A stretch of 64,000 nucleotides of DNA, taken from the NCBI GenBank assembly GCA_973895155.1, contig OZ316895.1:5087181-5151180 (forward strand). Direction: 5' to 3'. Both the position numbers and the translations under genes were made by a program. Of this stretch, positions 52,630-64,000 are shown one piece after another. Origin of the DNA: Marsupella aquatica. Taxonomy: Eukaryota; Plantae; Marchantiophyta. Positions within the stretch are counted from its first letter, which is position 1, and each line of letters opens with the position of its first letter. The notes beneath the pieces were generated by a model, which searched no databases, had not been told where the DNA came from, and saw only the letters and a program-made list of their open reading frames with translations.

Positions 52630-52727
52630 GATCACCTTTTGTGACAACAATTTAACAATGAACATTTGAATATATTATGGATCACCTTTTGTGACAACAA
52701 TTTCACAATGAACATTTGAATGCATTA
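52630..52727. repeat. 50-bp tandem duplication
   Basis: gatcaccttttgtgacaacaattt(a/c)acaatgaacatttgaat starts at 52630 and 52680. Confidence 0.9.
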
Positions 52728-53143
52728 CACATTGTCTACACATCATTTTTGAAATTCTTGGTAATTGCAGTCTCTGTCCACCCTAAATCAAGGGGTTGAT
52801 GGTTTGGTTAGAAGCTTCCACCCATGGACAGGTTCAAATGGACAGGTTCAAGTAGACTGTAATTGCAATACATAGTTATGTCATGAATTGGGTTCATGTT
52901 CCCATATGCCATAGTACACAGTAAAGTGCTACATACAAGAACATGTCACCATAAATTATGAAAGGGGTCTTTTTGGGTAACAAATGACTTTGGGGGGTTG
53001 ATCCAACAAGAAACTATTGCTTGGGGATCTATTAAACATGTACCTTATTTGCACTAAGTTAAGATGATATTGAGTATGTCAATTTGAAAACTATTAATCT
53101 ATCAATGTTGAACAACTTTGACCACTTAAAATTGAGCATACAT

Positions 53144-53523
53144 TGTTGGGGATAATCCTTATCCTGAAACACCATGCACATGTAAACACCATACAAAGTA
53201 GTCGACACAGTGAGTACGTGGTTCACCTCTTGATTGAGGCTACGTCCTTATCCTGAAACACCATGCACATGTAAACACCATACAAAGTAGTCGACACAAC
53301 GAGTACGTGGTTCACCTCTCAACTGAGGCTAAGTCCATGGAAAAGCAAGAGACCTTTACTTCTCTCTTGTTTCACTCCAACAATGAACTAAAGATCCACC
53401 AGGGGCTGGCATCAGCCCTGGTTATTACAGCATGCATCACTGCTGACCTAAGCTAAGTCCTAACCTGAGTTAGCCTAATTGCGGTTAGCCCTAGAGTCAC
53501 AAGACTAAGAGCAATACTCAACA
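53144..53523 (-). repeat. 3' LTR (380 bp) with an internal 89-bp duplication
   Basis: Matches 60754-60992 apart from the duplication (units start at 53157 and 53246) and an extra 52 bp. Confidence 0.95.
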
Positions 53524-53746
53524 AACTCCCCCTTGACTCTAGTTTTGGGGATTGGACTAATTGCTACCATATGGTATCCTCAACGGGAAATTATAGACAA
53601 TCACCTAAATAGGTCCCCCCCTAAAAACCACCATGGATTAACTAAGGGTTAACTAGAATTAAACCGTAGTCTAGCAGGCGAGCTAACAGGATTGAGGTAT
53701 CCATATACAATAAGTCACAAAACTACTAAGTAGCTCTACTTGTGCT

Positions 53747-56700
53747 TCAACTGCAAAACCTACAAATAGCACGGTGTCTTGAGAAACTCTCCAAAGGAAT
53801 CACTTTGGTAAAAGCGTCAGTCGGGTTGAGTTTATTGTCAATCTTGACTAGCTCAAACTGATTATCAGACACACCCTGCCTGATAAAATGGTACCTTACG
53901 TCGATGTGCTTCACTCTGTTGTTCATCACTTGGTTCACAACAAGATAAAGAGCACTCTAATTATCACAATGGAGCATCACATTCCCTTGTGGCAATCCCA
54001 TCTCAGTGATAAGTCTATCCAACCAAATAGCTTCCTTCGTTGCTTTGCTGTTGTAACATACTCAGCTTCTGTAGTAGACTGAGCAATACACTTATGAAAA
54101 GTAGACCTCCAACTTATGCATCCATCGCCAAGTGTGAACACATACCCAATTTTTGACCTCCTCTGATCCAGATCCTGTGCATAGTCAACATCTACATATC
54201 CCATCAATGATCTCACATTATCAGCATGTGCATCAAATAAAAGACCATGATCCACGGTATCCTTCAAGTACCAAAAATTCCACTTCATTGCTTTCCAGTG
54301 TATCTTCCCTAGATTCGACATGTCATTGCTCACCTTGTCCATAGTCATGGCAAGATCAGGTCTAGTGCAATTCATCAAATACATGAGACTCCCCACTACC
54401 TTGTCATAAGGAACCTTTGACATCAGCCCTTTCTCTGTCTCATCCGTAAGACAGAAAGCTGATGACAATTTGAAGTGTGGAGCCAACGAGGTACTTACTG
54501 GCTTGTTATCCCCCATGTTGAACCTTGCAATTATCTTCCTTGCATAACTGCTTTGAGTCAACCATAGCTTACCAGCCTCCAAGCCCCTAGTGATCTCCAT
54601 GCCCAAAGTCCTCTTAGCTGGCCCAAAGTTCTTCATCTTAGACTATGCATTGAGCAGTGCCTTGAGCTTAACAATCTCAGATCTATCCTTGGAGCGCCGC
54701 AATAAGCATGTCATCCACATAAAGTACTAAAATAATGAAACCAAAGACAACATTTTTCACCGGTTTAATATACACACAAGGATCAAACACACTCCTGTGA
54801 AAATCTTGTGCATGGATCCAATCATCAAACCACTTATTCCACTGCCTTGGTGACTGCTTCAACCCGTACAAGGATCTCAACAATCTGCAAACCAAATCCT
54901 CTTGTCTTTTCTTCACAACATCCATCTGATCTAGCAGCAGACCAAATAAAACAACAAATACACACAATAGTCATATTGTAGAGTACTTAGCAAGTGGTGA
55001 GAGGACCTCATTGTAATCCACACATTTTTCCTATGTGAATCCCTTGGCTACCAACCTAGCCTTGTAGACCTTCAATCCACCTCTTGTGGACTGATCCTTC
55101 AGCTTGTATATCCACTTGCTGTCCACCACGTGCTAGCCTTCAAGAAGCTTGACCAACTCCCAAGTCTTGTTATCCATCAGTGACTGCATCTCTGTTTGCA
55201 TTGCTGCAGTCCATTCCTACTTCTGCTTTGAAGCACTTGCCTCATGATACAAAACCATATGATCATCGTCAAGCGCAATGTCAGCATCATCTAGTTTAGA
55301 TGAATCTGCCCATTGTTCATACCTCGTATGAGCTCTAGTAGAACGATTGGAAGTTTTTCTAGTAGATGATTCAGGCTAATCTTCTACTGCTACTGGTTGA
55401 ATTTGAGGTACACCAACATCAATTTGCTCCTCTTGTTCTATCACAGGAACTAGTTCCATACCCGGAGCATCTCTTTCTCTCCTGTCATGAACACCATCAT
55501 GACTTATCTCCCTCCCAACCGGGTCCGGGATAGGAGATATTCCCTTGTCAGTATGGGAGTCCTGAGAACTCTCCCCCTCCTTTGATGATGTGGATTCATT
55601 AAAGGAAACATCTCTACTGACAATTACCTTAGAGGTTATTGGATCTCATAACCTATAATCTTTTACACCTTTCTGATATCCAAAGAAAATGCACTTCCTT
55701 GTCTTGGACTCCAACTTAGACCAAAGCTGGGAAGGTGTAAGCACATAAGCATTACATCCAAAAACTTTCAGATGTGAATAATTTTTTTGACGTCTGTACC
55801 TCATTTCAAATGGCCTCCTGAATCCAATTGCACTGGATGGAGAAAAATTTACCAAATAAGCTACTGTGTTGATAACTTCTGCCCAAAATTCATGTGGTAA
55901 GCATAATTGGCTCAACATACTCCTCGAGCGCTCCAATAGTGTTTGGTTGAGCCTCTCAAAAACACCATTTTGCTAAGGAGTATAACTTGTTGTCAAATGG
56001 CGTGTAGTCCTCTGCTCTTTACAATATGCTCCAAATTCACTTGAACTATATTCACCGTTGTTATCCGATCGAAGATATTTCACCTTGTTACTAGTCTGAT
56101 TCTCAACTTGGGCTTTTCACTCCTTAAAAGTGGCAAAAACATCAGACTTATTGTGTATAAAGTATATCCACACATACCTTGACTAATCGTCAATGAACGT
56201 GATATAGTAAACTCTTCCAGAATGTGAGGGAGTAGGGGTTGATTCCCACACTTCACTATGTACATATATACTCAAATACCTCCTTGCTGGTGTGAGTTCC
56301 AACTCTGAAGGGTTTCCTGTGTTGCTTTCCAAGCACACAATGCTCACAGAAGTCTAACTTACAAGATTGCAAATTAGAAAGTAATCCCTTTTTCTGAAGA
56401 ACAACCAAACCTTTTTCACTCATGTGACCCAATCTGAAGTGCCACAGCCGGGCCGTCTTCTCATGAGATAAGGTTATATTGGCTTCATCATAGACTACAT
56501 TGCCCTCCAAAATATATAGATTTTATGTCTCTTTCCCTTCAACACAACTTTAGTACTAGTTGAAACCTGAAGGACACCATTAGTAGAACTCCATCGAAGG
56601 CCATTTGCTTCTAACACTTCAAGTGAAATAAGATTTTTTATTATGCTGGGAATATATCTCACATTCCTCAACGTTCTCACAACACCATCAAACATCTAAA

Positions 56701-57735
56701 ATCTCACAGATCCAAGTCCAACCACTTGACATGGGATTCCATTTCCCATCAACACTAAACCATTGGAAACCGTGTAAGAACAGAAAATATTTCTCCTATA
56801 GCAAATGTGAAAGGTACATATACTATCCAATCATCATCACTTGGATGTGACACTACGTTGAGAGCAAAACCTCGGCATCATAAAATGTCATCATCGAGTA
56901 ATCTACCTCATGTGCGCTTGATGTCGCGTTAGCTGATGCGGTAGACTCTTTTACCGGACAATCCCTCTTCATGTGGCCAGGCTTGCCACATCTCCAACAT
57001 GCAAGAGGCTTCCTCTCTTCCCATTTCCCTCTAAATTAAGATCTCCACCTTGACTTAGATCTAAACCTATTTCTCCATTCATCCGCTGCGTAGACCTCAC
57101 ACGATTCACATTCAATGCAGGTACCGAATGAAGATGTTGTCTGGGCTTGACCCAATTTCTTCTGTGCATCATCTGACAGCAAAGAGCTTACCACGTCATC
57201 GTATGAAATACACTTTAGATCTCTATACAAGAGAACCTGCTTCCAACCCTAATAAGATGGGGATAAAGAGTTGAGAAGAAGCAAGGCCTTGTCCTCTTCG
57301 TCAACACCTTTACCACAATTAGACAAGTCAACAGCTAGGCTATTGAATTCATCCAAGTGATCTTGAAGTTTGTTCCCCTCTTTGAGCCTCACGCTCATCA
57401 AGAGAGACTTCTTGTACAATCGGTCTGAGGCATCCTCTTGATAGTACTTCTCCCTAGGGTTTTGAATAGAGATGCATAATCCTCATAGTCATCCAATTTC
57501 TTGATGATATGCAGCTTCAAATAAAACATCACCACATTCATTGCAATCACTTGTTCCTGCCTTCACCTCTTAAATGGAATCTCCTCTTCACCATCGTACA
57601 TCTCTCGCGCAGAGAGAAGATGATCTAGGACCATAGCACAAAGAACTCTTTTCACTTGCTTCTCCCAGAGCAAGTAGTCCTACGCCCATCATACTTTTCC
57701 ACCTCAAACTTGACACCTCCAAACCTGGATGTCAT
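53747..57735 (-). pseudogene. Disrupted Copia gag-pol polyprotein
   Basis: ATG 57735 (MTSRFGGVKFEVEKYDG), zinc knuckle CWRCGKPGHMKRDC, LWHFRLGHMSEKG, CEHCVLGKQHR, FWAEVINTVAYLVN, LYGLKQSPRQW, LYVDDML, STTEAEY, KHIDVRYHFIR; multiple stops and frameshifts. Confidence 0.95.
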
Positions 57736-58497
57736 CTATATTTTCTTCACAACTACCATTAGCTCCGCGCCCGTATAATTGCTTCCTTCACTCGCTAATT
57801 GACAGTGAGTGAAGGTAGCAATTATACGAGTGAAGGAAGCAATTATACTAGCTCCTTCACTCGCTGCACCGGCGATCGTATTGGTGACACTCCTTCCTTC
57901 CCAAACGGTACAAGCTCTTCCTCAAATACTACGTCTGACCAATGCAAATCTGAAGCTTCACTGACTTCAATTCTCCCAATCTTCTCCGAGTCACTCATAT
58001 GAGAAAATCATGAAAAATATTGTTTTTTCACAACGTCTCAAAAAATGCAAAACTAATCATCACCACGTAGTCCACAAAGGTAGGAGTCCAACGCTGAAAA
58101 CCAAAATCAAAACCAAAACCAACGAAAAAGTTATTCAAATTTTGGTCGGGGTGGGTAAAACCTTGGGAAACTCCCTTGTTTTAAGTGCCTCAGGGAATAA
58201 CCAATATGCCAAGTACAACCCGCCGTCAAGATTGCAATTCGATTGTTGCACCGCGTTGCTAACTTCAGTGACTACATCCTTGCCAAAAAAGATCCAAAGA
58301 AGTTACCGTTCGGACCTCTGAATCTTTGACTAACGGCCAAAAACATGCTCTCTATTTCTTTTTCAGAATATTCCTTGCATAGTATAGCAAGGCTCACAGG
58401 GGGCCGTTCCCCCTGTCAGAATGGTTAAAACGGAGGGTCACTGGGCCCGGAACAACCAATTGAAAGGAGGGAAAAACTGAGCCTAAAAGGGGTTTAA

Positions 58498-60018
58498 GGC
58501 CCCTTTGCAAATTCATGTGTATAACGCGCACACGTGTGTCGGGCCAGGCGTGATACGCGGGACGAGCGGGGGTTGGAGGGGCATACGCCGGGGTCACAGC
58601 CACGTACAGGCGGCAAGGATTGGGCCGGGCCTGGGAGGTCATCGCCGCGAAGTGCTGCCGGCGACTGCAGGGGCAGGGCACTGAAATGGCAGAATTTTAA
58701 CAAACTAGATTAGTGGAATTTTGAAGTTAATTATAGGATTACAGTTAAGTAGAGATCAAGTCATGAGGGTGATTGCTATTTAAAACCTAAAAACATGACC
58801 AGAGCTTCATTTTATCCAGCCGAGGTTCAATTTTTGGTCAAACTGTATGAAGGATATAGGGTAGCAGAATAGGAGTGAGCAGGGTCTTTTGTTGTGTAAA
58901 CCTTCAAGATGAGGAAGCTAGAGAGGCAGCCTAGGAGGAAGTAGGGCCAGATTTCTAGACCTGGAGGTAGATGGAAGCCCATGGAAGAAAAACCATGTAA
59001 AGAAATTGATGTGTTCATGGAATGAAAGATGCAATCAAGGCTGATTGGCAGAGTTTCAAGAAGCATTCGATTACATAGCTTGTATCAGTTGTATGTCAGT
59101 AGGATTAAAACTAAGAAGTTGATAGAGAAAAAGAGATGGCTGGAAATATTAACATTTGACAAGGGGAAATTCATTTGGATTTGGTTGGAACCTGTAAAAG
59201 GGAGAATCAGAATAGTATGGCATGTGATAATTGAGATTGCAAACTGTTAAGGAAATTCATGCAAGAGTAGAATGCATAGTAAGGAATAAGAGATGATGTA
59301 TAAGAGAGGCCCAAAGTAGTGTAATATGGAATTAGCTACCTTTGATTGGTCATTTGAACTGGAACACCTTTCATTTGGGCTACAGAATGCCTCAAGTGAA
59401 TGAAAACACATAATTGAAAGTTGGATGAAAATTATTGAAGAAGAAGAGTTAGTAATGGAGGAACTTACCACAATGGGTCTTGATCCTCTTTGAAGAAACC
59501 TTAGTTGAAGGGTAAAGGGGAATTGACCTTCAATTCAAGTGACAGGTGAGGTGTGTGGCTAGAGAGAGTTAGGCCAATGTCTCGAGTAATCGCACAAGTC
59601 ATCTCTATCTAATTGTCCGGAAGACTAGATAGCAGGTGAAAAGTGTATAAGAAATCTGGTAAATTGGGACTGTATGATGTTTTATTGACACTGGGAAGGA
59701 CATTAATGGAATTGGGAGTCATGGTGGATGATTAATTCAGGGATTTGGCAACTAGTCAACTACAGCGGTTAACAGGCACGGTGCTGGCTCGCAAAGGGTC
59801 GGTCAAGGGAAAGGCCGGTTGGCGAGGTAAACGGGAGGGCCGGGGCGTGCGTCGATCAGCACTGCGTGAAGCAGTTGGCTGCGGCTGTGTCAGGCTGTAC
59901 ACGAGAGGAGAGAGGCTGTCAAGGGTGTGCGGGGGTATGCGGGGGAGTACAAGTGTGTATACACACATTTTAGTGTGTATACACACGTTTTTGTGTGTAT
60001 TCACACAAAAAACTCCCC
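58498..60018 (+). mobile_element. Putative nested non-autonomous PIF/Harbinger-like insert with a decayed Myb/SANT-like ORF
   Basis: TAA on both sides (58495-58497, 60019-60021), GG...CC ends, TGTGTATA subterminal motifs, and a decayed ORF from 58795. The two terminal repeats match each other poorly. Confidence 0.35.
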
Positions 60019-60739
60019 TAAGGTAACCTAAACAAAAATTTAGCCATTTCAATGAAAAAACGCTGGTTACACACCTTAATCGCTGCTGCCACTTTACACA
60101 AGCAAAGTGAATACCATTGACGGGAAAAGTTGTTGAATCGCACCGGCTCAGTGTGCAGCTCCAGCAAAGGAAAAACTTCCGTCACGTCACCTTCACTCCG
60201 TGTCAAGTGCCAATCTTGGACTCAAAACAACCGCTTCACCGTGATCTCTCCGTTGAGCCTTAGCACTTTGCGTTTGCACCTTCGAGTCGACCGGCATGAC
60301 AAGTAACCCGGTTCAGGGGAAAACAAGCACCATAGCCTGTGAAAAACCCTGAACTCCTCTTTCACTCATCACAATGCACTCGATAAGCACTCGGCAGCAA
60401 CTCAACTACCAAATTGACCAACTCGCCTTAATCTTCAACTTGAGCTATAACATGCGACATCTCCCGCACCGCACAGCTCACATCGTTGCAAAAATGAACT
60501 TTGGTCTCCCACAAAAATATCGTCGAACACGAAACTCCATAGAAAATGTTTCCTGCAATTACTCCTCACTCAGAAATACGATCGATGATTTCTAACTGCT
60601 GTTAGAAAGCCCTCCCCTCTCAATGATCTATCCGATGAGCCCACCACCAACAAGTTTCATGCGACAAAAAACTCCCGGGATCTTCAAACTGTCAACTACA
60701 CAATAAATTCTTGTCACCACAATGTCACCTCCCAGGCAT

Positions 60740-60751
60740 GCTCTGATACCA
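60740..60751 (-). promoter_or_regulatory. Primer-binding site complementary to the tRNA-iMet 3' end
   Basis: gctctgatacca reads TGGTATCAGAGC on the minus strand, 2 nt from the 5' LTR. Confidence 0.95.
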
Positions 60752-60753
60752 TT

Positions 60754-60992
60754 TGTTGGGGATAATCCTTATCCCGAAACACCATGCACATGTAAACACC
60801 ATACAAAGTAGTCGACACAGCGAGTACGTGGTTCACCTCTCAACTGAGGCTACGTCCACGGGAAAGCAAAAGACCTTTACTTCTCTCTTGCACCACTCCA
60901 ACAATGAACTGCTAACCTAAGTTAAGTCCTAACCTGAGTTAGCCTAATTGTGGTTAACCCTAGAGTCACAAGACTAAGAGCAATACTCAACA
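60754..60992 (-). repeat. 5' LTR (239 bp)
   Basis: tgttggggataatcc...caatactcaaca, next to the PBS and the TSD. Confidence 0.95.
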
Positions 60993-61410
60993 TACATTGT
61001 TAATGCACAGCTAAGTACATCTCCTAATCATTATCTTACATTTAGTCTTCCATACGTGGGTCAACATACTCTCGCCCAAAATATAGCATAATATTTAGAA
61101 CCCATCCTTAACCATATACATCAAGGCATCACAGAAATAACGCACGGTCTAAAAATAATGCCATAGAAGTTCAAAAAACCTTCAGAAGTAAGCTTGCAAA
61201 TTTAAGCCCGACAATTGCCCATGGACAAAAGATTCCGCATCATAACAATTTTCTTGTGATGGCCTCCCTCTAGTTATGCTTCCCATAGTCGGGGAGAACT
61301 AAACTGGTGGCTGGTTACAGTTGCAGAGATGATAGGCCCTGTCAATCTTCTATGAAATTGTGCCCTAAAGCAACATGCAGGTCATGCTACGAGGCTGTTA
61401 GACTTTTGAC

Positions 61411-61508
61411 AGAATTATTGGGGAATTGGGTCTTGGTAACTACACATCAAAATATGACAAGAATTATTGGGGAATTGGGTCTTGGTAACTACACATCAAA
61501 ATATGACA
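61411..61508. repeat. 49-bp near-perfect tandem duplication
   Basis: agaattattggggaattgggtcttggtaactacacatcaaaatatgaca starts at 61411 and 61460. Confidence 0.95.
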
Positions 61509-61703
61509 TATACAGTGTACCACATCTTTCCATACAATGATAAACCTCTTTATTTTCTTTAAATCAATGAATACACACACTCTATTACCACAATTTGATG
61601 TGTGAATTCCTTCGAGAGAATTATTGGGCTGGTTCTAGGCAGCTTTCCATCTAACTGTGGATAAACTTTTACTGTGTTGCAAGAGCCTGACCTCATCATT
61701 TGG

Positions 61704-62001
61704 GAGGTATTCTATGTTGCGAGCAAACAGGAGATTTTGATAGCGAGGAGATTTTGATAGCGAGACAATAATGGTTCCAAATTTCAGTTACTTTTTGGTC
61801 CCTTTTACATTTTTTGTGTTTTTTTAAAGGCTGCAGATGGCTAGCGAGCTCGCTAGCAAAAAGGGAGTCCCCAAAAGGGATATTACCAACCAAGTAGTTG
61901 ATAGCGAGGCAGTTACATGTAGAAAAATAGGGGTCATGCAGGATTTTTTTTTGCTCGTGCGAGTAAAAATTTTACTGTTTGCTCGCACGTTACAATTACC
62001 C
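61704..62001. mobile_element. ~298-bp Mutator-like MITE with 9-10-bp TSD
   Basis: Direct repeat (C)ATCATTTGG at 61694-61703 and 62001-62010; TIR core TGCGAGCAAACAG (61718-61730) and CTGTTTGCTCGCA (61975-61987); G...C ends. Confidence 0.8.
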
Positions 62002-62923
62002 ATCATTTGGAGAAAATACAATTCACATGACTTCATGTGGGCCCGCCCATTTCTGTTCGTACCGAGAGCTCTACAGATTCCGAGGCTAAATTCCTGACTA
62101 GACTGAGGACCCAGCCTGGCATTCGCCATCATTGACTGAGATATCGAGAGCTTTAATTTGATCCCTTTACAGATTGATCCATGTTACTCAATACGGAAAT
62201 GTTCTCAGCCCTTGACTAGTTGAAAGTGCCTTTAAGACCCTTTCTGGTTTATATTTGATAGTTGCAACGTATTTTGTGTTGCGCGATGTCTTGAAATGGC
62301 ACTATGAAATTACTGCCGTTGAGATCTGTGAGCTTGGCTTGAACTGAATGTTTTCCCGGTACTGGTGTCAAGCGGTTCCCTTGTGCTTTTGCTCATCGAC
62401 AGGTTGGTCGTTCTTCTTTGACGAGTAGCACCTGCTCAAACTTATAATTACATCCTGGTTCATGAAGGGCGATATGTATGAAAGAGCATCAACCGCGCAA
62501 CCTGATATCTGATAGACCCTACTGAATCGTCAAACCTTGCATCATATTTCAACCTTCGAAATCTTTCTAAAGTTACATAGAGAGGGCACAAAACAGTCAT
62601 GAATCTGTTGATGGGCTAGCCCCAAGTCTTTTCCGACAAACCTTGACACACGCAACTGTCGTATTCCATCCCAATGTGCGGGAACGTTTTTCCAATGCAA
62701 AGGGAGTCTACTCCCATTGTACAAGTCGGCCAAATGCCTCTTTCTCCTGTACCGCTATCATGAACCCAATTGGCATAATTAGGGGAGCACATCCCTGGTG
62801 TATGACTCTTCCTATGCCTGGGAGGGTTTCAGCCATGCTAGCGTGTTTAGGTAGATTTATGTGGTATGCTAAAGAATGGTCGTAAGCCTATCATAAGATA
62901 CGCTCGATTTAATGTCCTAAAGA

Positions 62924-64000
62924 TTAGCTCCTAATAATTGGCTTACTATCTTGATGATCCAGAACGGAAGAATCTTTTCTATCGGAAAGTTTTAGCAAAC
63001 CATGCAACTCTACTTCAGATGATAATCCAGACTCGTCGTCGTCACTCAAAATTCCTTCAGGAAAATTCTCCACGTCTGATAGTAGGTAAGTAACCTCTTT
63101 ATCTGTGCGTAGTGCCAGATAAATGATTGCCCCAAGATAAATGAGGATACTAGCCACTCCACTTAGTCCTAAGAGTACTCGGCCCCCAGTTGAGATGCTA
63201 CTGTGAAGAAGCCATTGCAGCAGAGCACTTGAAACGAAGTAAATGTTAATGACCATCACAGCGAAACCAATTATCCATGTAACAACCGTGACCTGCAAGT
63301 CAATCAATTGCCACGTGCTCAATCTTAGGCTGAGGCTAGCAGATCTGTTTGCAGCTAGAACAAGGAAGATTCTCTGAAAATGATACTTGCCCTACTAAGT
63401 GCATTGGCTGCAAAACACCTCTTTAACATTCAACCTAATTGCTACTTGAAAAATATAAATTCTTACCAATTTAGAGTTAGCATGCGGTCCCATCTTTGTT
63501 GTACTGCTTGTGAACTTCAACAGGGGCAGAAGAGCAAAGGGAAGTTGGAAAGACAGGATCATCTGCACATTTGGGGATTATGTGTTGGTCAGAGACTTGA
63601 GAGCAATTTCCTTCATTGCTTATCCGTTCACTACCCTCGAAGTTCAGCAGCTACACCCATAACCTGATCTATTTGGTAGTCAAACTCACCGATGAAATTA
63701 TAATCAATCTTCCTGCTCCTTCGGACCCTCCAATGACTGCCACAAGCAAACTTGGAACAATTGCTACACTGCGTGTGAAGAGATTCCGAAGCCATGGTTG
63801 AAATTGGAGATTTAAAAAGCCCTGGAAAGTAACCAAGCTGCAAAGTTAGGAGGCAATTTAAACCCCGAGGATAGAGCATCAGAAAAGCCATGAGTACAAG
63901 CCTGAAAGCTCGACAGAAAACTTGAAGAATGAAATGCATCTGTATCAATCAAAGAATTATACCTGCATCACATACTGTCCTGCATATGTCCCAGTTATGG
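62924..64000 (-). CDS. NRAMP: NRAMP divalent metal transporter (NRAMP1/6-type), 3' part; 5' end lies outside the window
   Basis: Exons >64000-63963, 63821-63690, 63562-63467, 63292-62924. Transport motif [56 protein letters not shown]. Confidence 0.95.

Larger units (their letters stand above)
53144..60992 (-). mobile_element. Full-length, pseudogenised Ty1/Copia LTR retrotransposon (Tnt1/Tork-like)
   Basis: TG..CA LTRs at 60754-60992 (5') and 53144-53523 (3'); TSD TACAT at 53139-53143 and 60993-60997; PBS TGGTATCAGAGC (tRNA-iMet) at 60751-60740; PPT AAGGGGGAG next to the 3' LTR; domain order gag-PR-IN-RT-RH. Confidence 0.97.

Noticed and set aside
62924-63322. EIN2 instead of NRAMP
   Set aside because: The transport motif is intact and the C-terminal tail is short; the long EIN2 C-terminal domain is absent.
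16561-64000. Functional gene cluster of SABATH, GNA1, XBAT, PP4R2 and NRAMP
   Set aside because: Unrelated pathways separated by TE-rich spacers; nothing in the sequence suggests a biosynthetic cluster.

Overview
Eukaryotic, land-plant nuclear DNA; a bryophyte or other non-seed plant is my inference from gene structure, not something I can prove. Five spliced genes can be rebuilt exon by exon: a SABATH methyltransferase (-), GNA1 (+), an XBAT32/33-type ankyrin-RING E3 ligase (-), PP4R2 (+) and the 3' part of an NRAMP transporter (-). A structurally complete but pseudogenised Ty1/Copia (Tnt1/Tork-like) element spans 53144-60992, with TACAT target-site duplication, PBS and PPT. Its 3-kb leader holds an apparent nested insert with a decayed Myb/SANT-like ORF and a possible hairpin switch just upstream of gag. 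The rest contains a solo LTR inside a foldback element, a Mutator-like MITE with TSD, two SINE-like copies, LINE and MuDR relics, many short tandem duplications and several unidentified decayed ORFs in the first 15 kb. I found no CRISPR array, rRNA or intact tRNA and no clearly novel multi-gene system; the findings are leads, not discoveries.
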